Source: Deinococcales bacterium
GTDB taxonomy: Bacteria > Deinococcota > Deinococci > Deinococcales > JAAFIG01
Assembly (NCBI GenBank): GCA_031414595.1
Contig: JANNVX010000049.1
Location: 1-36,960, forward strand
Length of the DNA: 36,960 nt
Direction of reading: 5' to 3'
Positions 7,643 to 17,137 of this stretch are shown here, one piece after another. The position numbers and the translations under genes are program-made. Position 1 is the first letter of the stretch. Every line of letters starts with the position of its first letter. Below the pieces are notes generated by a model, which did not search any database, was not told where the DNA came from, and worked only from the letters and a program-made list of their open reading frames with translations.

Positions 7643-10129
7643 TTGCCAATGGTGAAAAACCCACAATTGTGCTTATTTGGTTCGCCACGAATTGGTGAGC
7701 GACCTTTGCCATTGTCTAAATTAACCGCCTTGGCAGCCTATTTGATTGTGCAAAATAAGTGGGTGGCTCGAGATGAGTTGTTGAATTTGTTTTACCCCGA
7801 TTCTTCTGAAACCGATGCCCGTAACAGCTTACGGCAGTTGGTGTTGCGCTTAAAATCCGACTGGCAAGACTTAGAAATCGAAAATAAAACTTCTCGAATG
7901 CGTTTAATCGTGGATTGCGATGTCGAAGAATTCAAAACTGCCCTCGAGTCAAAAAATTTTAGCCAAGCATCAGCTTTTTCAAACGCCCTGCTCGAGGGCT
8001 TGTACCTAGCCGACGCACCCGAATTTATGGAATGGCTCGAACTTGAGCGCAAATCCTTGCAGGCAGCTTGGCTCAAAAACGCCTTGCAATACGCTCGCTA
8101 TGCCGACCCCTTTGAGACAGATAAAATCCTTAAACAGATTCTGCAAAAAGATGCTTTGTGTGAAGAGGCAGTCCAGATTTTCCTTGAACGCGGTGAACCA
8201 AACCAAGCCAAACTGGTTTTTCAGACCTTTGCCCAAGCCATCGGCGAATTAGGTTTGCAACCACATCCAAAAACACTGGCTTTATTTGATCAATTAACCG
8301 ATTTTTCACAAGTCGTGACGGTTCATAATTTGCCGTTCTCGAGTACCCCATTTGTTGGACGTGAGCAGCAACTGCGCCAATTAAACGAAATTATTGAACA
8401 TCCGATGTCGCGCTTGATTACGGTGGTGGGCTTGGGCGGTATGGGCAAAACCCGTTTGGCACTGCAAACCGCTCATGCTTGGCTCGAGGCTGGGTTTGAT
8501 GGGGTTTACTTAGTCACATTAGCCGATATTGAAGATATTTCCGGATTACCAAGTGCGATTGCAACAGCCATGAATATGCCAGTTCATACCGAAGTTAAAA
8601 TTGAACTTCTGGCTTTGCTGCAAAGAAAAAAAGTGTTATTGCTACTCGATAATTTTGAGCATCTACAACTCGAATCGCCGCGTGGTTTTTTACATGATTT
8701 ACTCGAGCAGTGCGCTCACTTAAAAATTTTAGTCACTTCTCGAGTACCGCTTCAGGTCTACGGCGAATGGTTGTTTGACTTGCAGGGTTTTGAAGCGACA
8801 GATTCGGCTGCCACTCAATTATTTTGGCAAACCGCGCAGCGTCATAACGCCAAACTCGAGCTAAATGACCAAAGCAGCGCTAGGCTAATTGTGCAACGCC
8901 TTGGCGGAATGCCTTTAGCCATTGAATTAGCGGCGTATTGGACACGGTTATTGTCGCCTAAAGAAGTGCTTCACGAACTCGAAATGGGCTTAAAACTCGA
9001 GACAACCAGCGCGGCTGTACCAGAACGCCAACGGGCTATCGAAATCATGCTTGAACAAAGTTATAACCGCTTAACAACCCCAGAAAAAATGGCGCTGCAC
9101 GGCATGTGTATTTTTCGTGGGGGGGCTACTTTAGAAGCGGCTCGAGTGGTGACAAACAGCCGTATTCAAGACTTGCAGCATTTGGTCGAAGCAGGTTTAT
9201 TGCAAAAAAACAGTCTAGGGCGTTTTAATCTTCACGAATTATTGCGTCAGTATGTGCTGACTCGAGTTGACCAAACGGAATTAAGACCATTTCAAGAACG
9301 TCACGAAGATTTTTTCTTAAATTTAATTTTTATCTTTGTTGCTGGAGCAGAAAAGAACCACAGGACTTTATGGTCTGCTTTGACTTTAGAGTTTTCTAAT
9401 ATCGAACAGATTCTTGGTTTTTTTACGCGCTCTGATTTGCAGCACAAATTTACACGAATAGCCGATATTTACATGGTTTTTTTGCGTATCCGAGGTTTGT
9501 TCTGGACGGCTTTAGACTTGATTCGACACAACCTTCAGAATCCGGATTTGCCATCTGGGGTTATTCAGCAAAACCAAGTGATGTTAGGTTGTGTTTTGCA
9601 ACGAACTTTTCAACTCGAAGCCTCGGCAACATGCTTTGAACAAACCTTACCGCACTTAACACCTACCGGTGCCACATGGGGTTATGCGTGGCTGGCATAC
9701 AGCGAAACACTGCTGCGGCTTGGACGGATACAGGAGGCATTGACCGCCAGCCAGACCGCGATTCGTGCTTTTGAGAGTACCGACTTATACTTTTATTTGA
9801 TTCGGGCTAAAATCTTACTGGCATACGCTTTTTTATACTCAAAACAACCAGAAAACGCAAAAATACATGCCCTCGAGACGATTCAAATTGCCAATCGTTT
9901 CGAGGTTAGTTATTTTTATGGCGATTGGTACTGGGAAGTCGGTAAGATATTTATTGCCCTACAAGAACCAGATACGCTCAAGTACGTCCAAGGTACATTT
10001 GAATTTTACCAAGGCATCAACGACACGTACAGTCTGCAATTTATCGCCAGAGAAGCCAAAAATCTATACCTTGCCAATGGGCAAATGCAAAATCATGATT
10101 GGGTCGAGAATTTTCTGGCACGGATTTAA
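7643..10129 (+). CDS. AfsR/SARP-like regulator: wHTH + BTAD + NB-ARC (STAND) ATPase + TPR-like C-terminus (start may be ATG 7649)
   Basis: LCLFGSP and RDELLNLFYP..ARNSLRQ (SARP wHTH), FMEWLELER (BTAD), FVGRE, Walker A GLGGMGKT, Walker B LLLLDNFEH, LVTSR, GMPLAIELAA. Confidence 0.9.
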   Translation: MPMVKNPQLCLFGSPRIGERPLPLSKLTALAAYLIVQNKWVARDELLNLFYPDSSETDARNSLRQLVLRLKSDWQDLEIENKTSRMRLIVDCDVEEFKTALESKNFSQASAFSNALLEGLYLADAPEFMEWLELERKSLQAAWLKNALQYARYADPFETDKILKQILQKDALCEEAVQIFLERGEPNQAKLVFQTFAQAIGELGLQPHPKTLALFDQLTDFSQVVTVHNLPFSSTPFVGREQQLRQLNEIIEHPMSRLITVVGLGGMGKTRLALQTAHAWLEAGFDGVYLVTLADIEDISGLPSAIATAMNMPVHTEVKIELLALLQRKKVLLLLDNFEHLQLESPRGFLHDLLEQCAHLKILVTSRVPLQVYGEWLFDLQGFEATDSAATQLFWQTAQRHNAKLELNDQSSARLIVQRLGGMPLAIELAAYWTRLLSPKEVLHELEMGLKLETTSAAVPERQRAIEIMLEQSYNRLTTPEKMALHGMCIFRGGATLEAARVVTNSRIQDLQHLVEAGLLQKNSLGRFNLHELLRQYVLTRVDQTELRPFQERHEDFFLNLIFIFVAGAEKNHRTLWSALTLEFSNIEQILGFFTRSDLQHKFTRIADIYMVFLRIRGLFWTALDLIRHNLQNPDLPSGVIQQNQVMLGCVLQRTFQLEASATCFEQTLPHLTPTGATWGYAWLAYSETLLRLGRIQEALTASQTAIRAFESTDLYFYLIRAKILLAYAFLYSKQPENAKIHALETIQIANRFEVSYFYGDWYWEVGKIFIALQEPDTLKYVQGTFEFYQGINDTYSLQFIAREAKNLYLANGQMQNHDWVENFLARI

Positions 10130-10148
10130 CAGTCTCGAGTCGGCAAAA

Positions 10149-11123
10149 TTAGCCTCTGGCTCGAGCATGGGCTAATACGCCAAAGCTGGCGAGCAGAACC
10201 GCGCCAATTAAACCCAAAAAAGCCGTCAGGGTGGTTATATCGGGTGCAACAATGGATTGTCCGCGCCCAGCTTGCCAAGTAAGCAAGTAAATCAGTCCTG
10301 AGTAGCCAAGTGCAGCGATGGTCAGCAATACCATGCTGTGCCTGTCGGTCAGCCAGCGTTGACGGCGACGCATTAACCAGAATGCAAAAAGTGGTAGGAG
10401 TTGCAGCGCGTGCAGACCCACAAAATGGGCAATTCGCAAGTCGCCATGGGTGGTACTCCAACCCAAAAGCGGTAAGCCAGCCCCAGCATCTGGCATAAGA
10501 CTCGAGCTTCCAACCGTGTGAGCGCCAATCATAATTGTGGTTTGCCCAGAGGCTAAAGCCTTTTCTTGAATCGGGTTGGGCGAGGTCATTAAAAAACCTT
10601 GCAGCAACCCAAATAATGTGACCACAAAACTCAGTCGGATACTCCATGCCAACACAGGATTGGTACGAATACCGCGCCATGCCATAACAACCAAAATTAA
10701 GTACCCGAGCAGCATTAGGCTATTTGCAATTGCCATTGTTCCCCACAGTGCTGAATCTAGCGGTGTGGTGGTATTAAAGTGCAGAGGTTGGATTCGTACT
10801 GCTTGAATAATAATTAAAATCATTTGCAAAATAAAAACACTGCCAACAACGCTACCGCCAAATCCAGCGATTTTCTTAAAGCGGTTCTCGAGCAGACTTA
10901 ATGCCCAGATTAAAGAAGCCGCATAGAACATTAAGGATGTCGAGAACTTAAAGGTTTTTGCCCAAGCGGGTGTACCAACAAGCTCGGTGACTCGAGGGTC
11001 TATAAATAACCCTAAGATGCTTAGAATAAATGTGGTCGCACAGAACACAAGTAATGCGGTGAGTGGTTTATTGATTTGCCAAGCCTGCGCCAACAAACTT
11101 GGCTTTGGTGATGCGATAACCAT
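10149..11123 (-). CDS. Conserved multi-pass membrane protein
   Basis: Several hydrophobic helices; GAHTVG..GLPLLGWSTTHGDLRIAHFVGLHALQ motif. Start set at the ATG 7 nt after GGAG (track start is 11135). Confidence 0.75.
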   Translation of the reverse strand: MVIASPKPSLLAQAWQINKPLTALLVFCATTFILSILGLFIDPRVTELVGTPAWAKTFKFSTSLMFYAASLIWALSLLENRFKKIAGFGGSVVGSVFILQMILIIIQAVRIQPLHFNTTTPLDSALWGTMAIANSLMLLGYLILVVMAWRGIRTNPVLAWSIRLSFVVTLFGLLQGFLMTSPNPIQEKALASGQTTIMIGAHTVGSSSLMPDAGAGLPLLGWSTTHGDLRIAHFVGLHALQLLPLFAFWLMRRRQRWLTDRHSMVLLTIAALGYSGLIYLLTWQAGRGQSIVAPDITTLTAFLGLIGAVLLASFGVLAHARARG

Positions 11124-11281
11124 GATAGACTCCATAGAAAAATGTTTGACCTAGCACCCGAGAAAAAACGGTGCTGGATGTCTTTACTTGCAAAGACTGG
11201 ATAAGTTTACGAATCTCGTGGGCTTCCGTCGTCGTACTTAGGGACGAAAGCAATTACACTTGAAACTCGAGTTAAGAAAAA

Positions 11282-11343
11282 GTGTAAGGTGGGCTTTGCC
11301 CACGTCGTGTAAGAGAAAGCGGTAGGCAAAGCCTACCCTACAC
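11282..11343. repeat. Inverted pair of GTAG-type REP-like palindromes (REPIN-like)
   Basis: GTGTAAGGTGGGCTTTGCCCAC versus the reverse complement of 11321-11343, GTGTAGGGTAGGCTTTGCCTACC. Overlaps the epimerase stop. Confidence 0.7.
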
Positions 11344-12304
11344 GTTGTGCTTGGATTTGATTGACACCTGGCTTGAGTTGCTTGAACCAATCAACGGTTT
11401 CTGTCAGGGCGGTCTCGAGCGGCGTGTGAATATCGCCGAATTTGGCAACAAATTTATCGTGATTAACAATATAAGGCTGCTCAAACTGGTACATCATTTC
11501 ACTGACTTCACGCAGAGGGGCAACGAATAATCCTAGAGCAGACATCAAGAATTTAGGCATAACTTGGACTTTAAGTGGTTGCCCAATAATACTGGCTAAC
11601 TGCTCAAGGATGGCGCGTCTCGAGATGGCTGGAGCGTTCGGCACGTGCCATGCTTGTCCGAAAGCATCATCGCTTGCACCAATCATGGCAATGGCTTTTC
11701 CAAAGTCTTTGATGTAGGTCATGCTGTGTGGAGTATCCAAGTTACCCAGCGTCTGGGCAGCTTTTCCTTGCAGCATTGGCGGGATGACTCGAGAACCAAA
11801 TTGACTTTGTTCGGCAGCATATTCGCCAAAAAAGTCCGCACCACGTACCAGTGCGACTTGTACCAGACCTTTTTTGTGCGCTGTGAGCATTTGTGTAGCC
11901 GAGGCAATTCGGGCTTTGCCTTTGCCTGTGCTGCTCTGCATCGGGTTTGTCTCGAGGATATTTGTACCATTCTGGTCGTACATATACAAATTATCGCCAA
12001 TCACTAATTTGGCATTTTGGGCGGCGGCACTCTCGAGAATGTTACCCCACAGAATCGGCAGTTGGGTCGTCCAGAGTTTGGTGCTGTACTCAGGGGCGGT
12101 GCAGTTATAAACAATACTTGCGCCTCGAGCCGCAGCTTTGGCTGACTCGAGACTATAGGCATCGCACTTAATAACTTTGACTTGGTTGGGAATGTTGGGC
12201 ATTACGCCACTGCGATTGACCATTTGCACTTGTTCACCTCGAGTCAGTAAAGCATTCATGGTGGCGCGTCCGAGTGGTCCTGTTCCAAAAATAATGTGTT
12301 TCAT
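11333..12304 (-). CDS. NAD-dependent epimerase/dehydratase (atypical SDR)
   Basis: N-terminal IIFGTGPLG Rossmann motif; DNLYMY; RGADFFG; AAGGAG RBS. Confidence 0.9.
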   Translation of the reverse strand: MKHIIFGTGPLGRATMNALLTRGEQVQMVNRSGVMPNIPNQVKVIKCDAYSLESAKAAARGASIVYNCTAPEYSTKLWTTQLPILWGNILESAAAQNAKLVIGDNLYMYDQNGTNILETNPMQSSTGKGKARIASATQMLTAHKKGLVQVALVRGADFFGEYAAEQSQFGSRVIPPMLQGKAAQTLGNLDTPHSMTYIKDFGKAIAMIGASDDAFGQAWHVPNAPAISRRAILEQLASIIGQPLKVQVMPKFLMSALGLFVAPLREVSEMMYQFEQPYIVNHDKFVAKFGDIHTPLETALTETVDWFKQLKPGVNQIQAQRVG

Positions 12305-12323
12305 ATTGAACTCCTTTTGATAT

Positions 12324-12387
12324 ATCTAAACGATGCTTAAATTCTGAACAGTGTTAAGATATGCTAAAATCTAAACAATGTCAAGTT
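12324..12387. promoter_or_regulatory. Three 19-bp quasi-palindromic TetR operators and a leaderless tetR promoter
   Basis: ATCTAAACGATGCTTAAAT (12324), TTCTGAACAGTGTTAAGAT (12342) and ATCTAAACAATGTCAAGTT (12369, covers the ATG). TGcTAAAAT lies 7 nt before the ATG. Confidence 0.65.
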
Positions 12388-13016
12388 CCCTACTCGAGCA
12401 TCCCAAAAAAACCGAGCGCTATCACCACGGCGACCTTAAAAACACGCTGCTCGAGGCAGCCCGAGAACTGGCGAACGAAATCGGGGTGGACAACTTCACA
12501 CTGCGCGAAGTTGCCCGCCGTGCCAATGTCTCGCCCGCCGCACCATATCATCATTTTTTAGACAAACAAGATTTAATTCGCACACTCGCTATTGAAGCCT
12601 TTACTAAACTGACCACAGCATTAAACAACGCCAAGCAAAAAAAGCACACGCCACTGCAACAACTCGAGCATATCGGCATGGCTTACGTGAATTTTGCTTA
12701 CACCCACCAAGCCGAATTTAGATTCATGTTCCGCCGTGAACTCTGCGCTGCCATTGGGCAACCCGACCCGCTCGAAGTGGCTGGAATAGATGCCCAAAGT
12801 GTCCTGTACAACGCTATACTCGAGGCACAAGCCGCCAAACAAATCAGCCAAGATAACCCACAAGAGATTGCCCTAACCCTTTGGAGCGTGGTTCACGGAT
12901 TAAGTACAATCATTAATGAAAGTCCAATCAGTAAAACCACGACTGCCACCAGCGCCAAGCAAATGGCACAACATGTGGTTCAGGCAAGTATTCAAGGCAT
13001 TTTGAACAAGGAATAA
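12378..13016 (+). CDS. TetR/AcrR family regulator (WHG-type C-terminus)
   Basis: YHHGDL..FTLREVARRANVSPAAPYHHF HTH; LWSVVHGL. Confidence 0.92.
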   Translation: MSSSLLEHPKKTERYHHGDLKNTLLEAARELANEIGVDNFTLREVARRANVSPAAPYHHFLDKQDLIRTLAIEAFTKLTTALNNAKQKKHTPLQQLEHIGMAYVNFAYTHQAEFRFMFRRELCAAIGQPDPLEVAGIDAQSVLYNAILEAQAAKQISQDNPQEIALTLWSVVHGLSTIINESPISKTTTATSAKQMAQHVVQASIQGILNKE

Positions 13017-13110
13017 AATATGGACATTGCCGCCCAGCCGTAGGTTTCATCAAAACGCATTAGCCCAAGACCAGAAAGTCCCTCGAGATTAGGCTGTGGG
13101 AGGCTGCCCT

Positions 13111-14178
13111 TCATGTTTTATCGAGATTTTTTTTATAGCCGCACGAAGCCCGAATCACCAATTCTGAACCACACTTGATATTGTCCTCAATCACGTTTTC
13201 GCCGCGTATTAACTTTTGCAGCATCGCAATTGATTTCTGCCCATGCTCGAGTGCCGAAAGCCGTATTGTGGTCAGGGCTGGACTGAGGTATGCCGCCGTC
13301 GGGATGTCATCGTAACCAACTACCGCCATATCCTCGGGAATGCGTAAACCCGCTTGGTGAATGGCTGCCATCACCCCGACTGCCACAGTATCGTTGCCAA
13401 CAAAAACCGCCGTGGGTTTATGTCGGGCTTTTAAGATTTGCTGCATAGCGACAAAACCACTTTCGGCACTGTAATTACCGCGTACCACAAGTTTTTGATC
13501 GTACTCCAAACCAGCTTCCTCGAGTGCTAAACGGTAGCCCCTGTGTCGGTCTTGGGTTGCAAAGTAAATTTCGGGCGAAAAGGTTATATGGGCAATACGC
13601 CGATGACCAAGCCCAATCAGGTGTTGGGTGGCAAGTTTTGCCGAGCCTACGCCATCGCTGGTGACACGATGCACCCGCCCTGAGCTTTCGGTCCAATCTG
13701 GAAAACCCATGAGGACTAACGGGTAATTGCGGCGAATCAATTCTGGCAATTGGGTATCGTCAGAACGGCTGTTGATGATGATTAAACCATCTATATGATG
13801 ACCTTTAATCAGGTGCGAGTAAGCATCTGGCTTAGAGACATCTTTAACCGTCTCGAGCAGCACACGGTAGCCAGCTTCTTGACTATACCTGCTCAGCGCA
13901 TAGAGGATTTGCGGGATAAAGGCATCCACTTGTAAATGCTCGGCTTGAGAAACCACCAGCCCGATGGTTTGGGTTTGTCCACTGACCAGCATTCTGGCAG
14001 CCGCATTGGGAACATAGCCCAGTTCTTCGGCAACCGCCAGCACTTTAACTCGAGTGGCTTCGGAGATGTTCATACCGACCACACCATTTAAGACAAATGA
14101 AACCGTGGTGCGCGAGACCCCAGCCCGAGCCGCAACTTCTTGGCTGGTGGCACGCTTGGCAGAATACATATTGGTCAT
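13111..14178 (-). CDS. LacI family transcriptional regulator
   Basis: EVAARAGVSRTTVSFVLNG HTH; YVPNAAAR hinge; IPEDMAVVGYDD; PALTTI. Confidence 0.95.
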   Translation of the reverse strand: MTNMYSAKRATSQEVAARAGVSRTTVSFVLNGVVGMNISEATRVKVLAVAEELGYVPNAAARMLVSGQTQTIGLVVSQAEHLQVDAFIPQILYALSRYSQEAGYRVLLETVKDVSKPDAYSHLIKGHHIDGLIIINSRSDDTQLPELIRRNYPLVLMGFPDWTESSGRVHRVTSDGVGSAKLATQHLIGLGHRRIAHITFSPEIYFATQDRHRGYRLALEEAGLEYDQKLVVRGNYSAESGFVAMQQILKARHKPTAVFVGNDTVAVGVMAAIHQAGLRIPEDMAVVGYDDIPTAAYLSPALTTIRLSALEHGQKSIAMLQKLIRGENVIEDNIKCGSELVIRASCGYKKNLDKT

Positions 14179-14193
14179 CCTAACCTGTTGACC

Positions 14194-15558
14194 TCAAGGC
14201 GTATTGCCCAGTTGTAAGGCGGGTGGCAGATGGTCGCGGTGGGCATCGAGCAGTTCGGTCACAAGGCTGCGAATCTGGCGCAAATCCAGTTCGGCTGCTG
14301 TGTGTGGGTCGAGCATCGCCGCATGGTAAATATGCTCCAAGTTGCCCGTAATAACCGCTTCGGCGGTCAGTTCTTGAACATTAACATTGGTTCGCATCAT
14401 GGCGGCTAGGTGCATTGGAATTGTGCCTATTTTGGTTGGCTGAATTCCATTTTTATCCACCAAGCACGGCACTTCGACACAGCAACCACTGGGTAGATTA
14501 TCTATGAGACCGTTGTTCGGCACATTGCCATAAATCACCCGAGGCTGCCCAGTTTCTTGGCTATGGATAATCAGACTGCCGTACTCGACACTGCGTTTAA
14601 CCTGTAGCTGTTCTTCAGGGTTCTCGAGCCGCCGCCGCAGGTCATCCCAGCGTTCAATTTGTCGCTCACAACGGCGAATGTATTCATCGAGCGGGATGTT
14701 GAACTGCTCGAGTAAATCTGGGCGGTTTTGTTTAATAAACCACGGCACATATTCGCTAAAATGTTCCGAAGATTCGGTGACGCTATAACCAAAGTGCTTA
14801 AAAACTTCGTAGCGTACCGCGTCGGTTAAGCCCCACGGCATGTCATCAGACACGCGGTGGCTGTACTGTGCGTTCTCGGCAAAGGCACGCACTTTGGGGT
14901 ATAAATCTTCGATGCGCCCGTCGGTGTGGTGCTGCTCGAGTTTTAAGTAAAATGCCATGTGGTTAATGCCCGCTACCAGATACTTGACTTCTTCGGGTGG
15001 CACACCAAGGTCAGTGGCAATTTCTTTGGCGGTGTGCGGTACGCTGTGGCACAAACCGACCAGTTTAATCGGGCTGGCTTTACTCAAGGCAATGCAGTTC
15101 ATCGCCATTGGATTGACATAGTTCAGGTGCAGCACATCGGGGCAGACCCGTTCCATCATACGGCTGTACTCGAGCAGTACCGGAATGGTGCGTAAGCCGC
15201 GCATGATGCCACCAATCCCAAGGGTATCGGCGATGGTTTGGCGCAGACCATATTTTTTTGGGATTTCAAAGTCGATGACCGTACTGGGTTTATAGCCGCC
15301 AACTTGAATCATGCTGATGGCGTAATTTGCACCCTCGAGTGCCTGTTCTGGGTCGGTGCTGGTGCTGATGTTGGCGTTGACCCCAAGGGCTTGGGCAACT
15401 TTTTGCGCCACCACTTCGGAGGTTTTTAGGCGCTCTGGGTTGATGTCAAAGAGAACAATTTCTGACTGCTCGAGTTCGGGGTAACTTAAAATATCACCGA
15501 GCAAATTTTTGGCAAATACGGTACTTCCAGCGCCAATCAGGGTAATTTTTGGATTCAT
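14194..15558 (-). CDS. melA: Alpha-galactosidase, glycoside hydrolase family 4
   Basis: KITLIGAGS, QTIADTLGIGG, NYVNPM, GLCHSV, AGINHM, TESSEHFSEY. Start reassigned to MNPKITL after AGAGGA RBS. Confidence 0.88.
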   Translation of the reverse strand: MNPKITLIGAGSTVFAKNLLGDILSYPELEQSEIVLFDINPERLKTSEVVAQKVAQALGVNANISTSTDPEQALEGANYAISMIQVGGYKPSTVIDFEIPKKYGLRQTIADTLGIGGIMRGLRTIPVLLEYSRMMERVCPDVLHLNYVNPMAMNCIALSKASPIKLVGLCHSVPHTAKEIATDLGVPPEEVKYLVAGINHMAFYLKLEQHHTDGRIEDLYPKVRAFAENAQYSHRVSDDMPWGLTDAVRYEVFKHFGYSVTESSEHFSEYVPWFIKQNRPDLLEQFNIPLDEYIRRCERQIERWDDLRRRLENPEEQLQVKRSVEYGSLIIHSQETGQPRVIYGNVPNNGLIDNLPSGCCVEVPCLVDKNGIQPTKIGTIPMHLAAMMRTNVNVQELTAEAVITGNLEHIYHAAMLDPHTAAELDLRQIRSLVTELLDAHRDHLPPALQLGNTP

Positions 15559-15599
15559 GGTGTTATTCCTCTTTAGTTTATCAGATAAGACTTCAAACA

Positions 15600-15623
15600 C
15601 GGCTCGAGGTTTTCCCTCGAGCC
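15600..15623. other. Intercistronic stem-loop after the solute-binding protein gene
   Basis: CGGCTCGAGG-TTTC-CCTCGAGCCG perfect 10-bp stem. Confidence 0.6.
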
Positions 15624-15640
15624 GTTGACAAATAGAGAAC

Positions 15641-16969
15641 TTACTTAAATAAAGCGTTGACTTTATCGTTTGCGCCGGGCAGGGTATCGGCAGCTTTGGT
15701 TTTGCCAAGGAAAACACTCTGCAAAGCGCTGGTCATGATTTCATTGATTTGGGCGGCGTTTTCGGTAATCGGGAAAAGGAACGTCCCACCAGCAGCTTTG
15801 GCTTGTCTGACAAAACTGCTGACATCCACACCTTTGGCTTTGAAGGCAGCCAGCGCACGGTCAGTGGCGGCTGGAATGGCTGGGAAGACTGCGCCAGCAT
15901 CGCCAACTGTGTTTTGACAAGCTGGGCTGGCGAGGTATTTGACCCATTTCCAAGCGGCTTCTTGGTTTTTGCTGCCGACCCAAATGCTGTCAGCTAAGCC
16001 GTTAAACATACTCATGCGTTTGCCATTTGGTCCAATCGGCAATGGCGCAATGCCAACCTTAAAGCTCTGGTTTTTGGTGTAATCGCCAATCATCCATGAA
16101 CCGTTGGTAATCATGCCGACTTTGCCAGCACGGAACAGGGCATCGCCGCCACTGGTCTGCACATCGGCATAGCTTGGAATCAAGCCGTATTTGAGGCTCA
16201 GGTCGGCTAACCATTGAATCGTTTCGATAAAGCGAGGGTCGTTGTAGTTGTACTTTTTGCCAAACAGCCCTTCGTTGTACTTCCAACCGGTGGTGGCAGC
16301 ATAAAAGCTCCATTCGGTCTGTCCGTTAAAGCCCGCCCCGTAACCGGTCTGATAACCGTATTGGACTGCCGATGCTTTATCAAATTTAGCCGAAGTGCCA
16401 TTGTTACCGGCTTTATCGGTCGTTAAACGGGCAATGGTTTTTTGCCATGTGCCGCCGTCCTTTGGATTCCAATTGAGGTTGGCTAAACTGGCGGGGGTCA
16501 AACCTGCTTTTTTAAGTAAATCAGCATTGTAAAAAACCCCAACGGTATCCCAGTCTTTGGGCAGCCCATACTGTTTACCTGCTTTGCCCCACAAGTCTTT
16601 TAAGCCGGGGTAGTAATTGTTGGTCACGACTTTATCTCGAGCAATCAGTGGATTCACGTCCACCAGTTGGTTATTGGCAGCAAATTCTGGGAAATACGCC
16701 AAGTGATTGGTAAACACATCTGGGGCTGTGCCACTGACAAAACCAGTGGTGATGCCCGTCCAATAATCGCCCCAACCTTTTTGACTGATTTTAATGTTGA
16801 TATCGGGGTTTTGCTTGGTGAAATTACTGGCGCAAGTCTGGTATGCAGGTTGTTGATTGCTGTCCCAAAGCCAGTATTGCAAAGTAACTGGGGCTTGTGC
16901 CGAAGTGCTAAAACCAGCCGCAGCCGCCAATGCCGCTAAACCAACCGAACCTAAAACCACTTTTTTCAT
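15641..16969 (-). CDS. Sugar ABC transporter substrate-binding protein (CUT1)
   Basis: Signal peptide; APDVF, YGLPKDWDTVGVFYN, FRAGKVGMITNGSW, AWKWVKYL. Confidence 0.92.
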   Translation of the reverse strand: MKKVVLGSVGLAALAAAAGFSTSAQAPVTLQYWLWDSNQQPAYQTCASNFTKQNPDINIKISQKGWGDYWTGITTGFVSGTAPDVFTNHLAYFPEFAANNQLVDVNPLIARDKVVTNNYYPGLKDLWGKAGKQYGLPKDWDTVGVFYNADLLKKAGLTPASLANLNWNPKDGGTWQKTIARLTTDKAGNNGTSAKFDKASAVQYGYQTGYGAGFNGQTEWSFYAATTGWKYNEGLFGKKYNYNDPRFIETIQWLADLSLKYGLIPSYADVQTSGGDALFRAGKVGMITNGSWMIGDYTKNQSFKVGIAPLPIGPNGKRMSMFNGLADSIWVGSKNQEAAWKWVKYLASPACQNTVGDAGAVFPAIPAATDRALAAFKAKGVDVSSFVRQAKAAGGTFLFPITENAAQINEIMTSALQSVFLGKTKAADTLPGANDKVNALFK

Positions 16970-17137
16970 AGAGACCTTCCTTGCGCTCGAGCAACCCCGA
17001 GTTGTTGACTCGAGAAACCTCGAGCCTGAGAGGGCGGATAGCCGAAAATAGTTTGAACGGGCAGTGGGATAGGAGGAGGTTATCCCACTGCAAGAGAGGT
17101 GTTTAGATTGTTCTCGAGCTTTAACTCAAAGCTCAAT

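Noticed and set aside
11068-11253. 61-aa ORF upstream of the membrane protein
   Set aside because: TTG start, no RBS or motif, and overlaps the next gene out of frame.
15559-15717. N-terminal extension of melA (likewise sufB 19945-20034)
   Set aside because: Overlaps upstream genes; downstream ATGs have an RBS and match the family N-termini.
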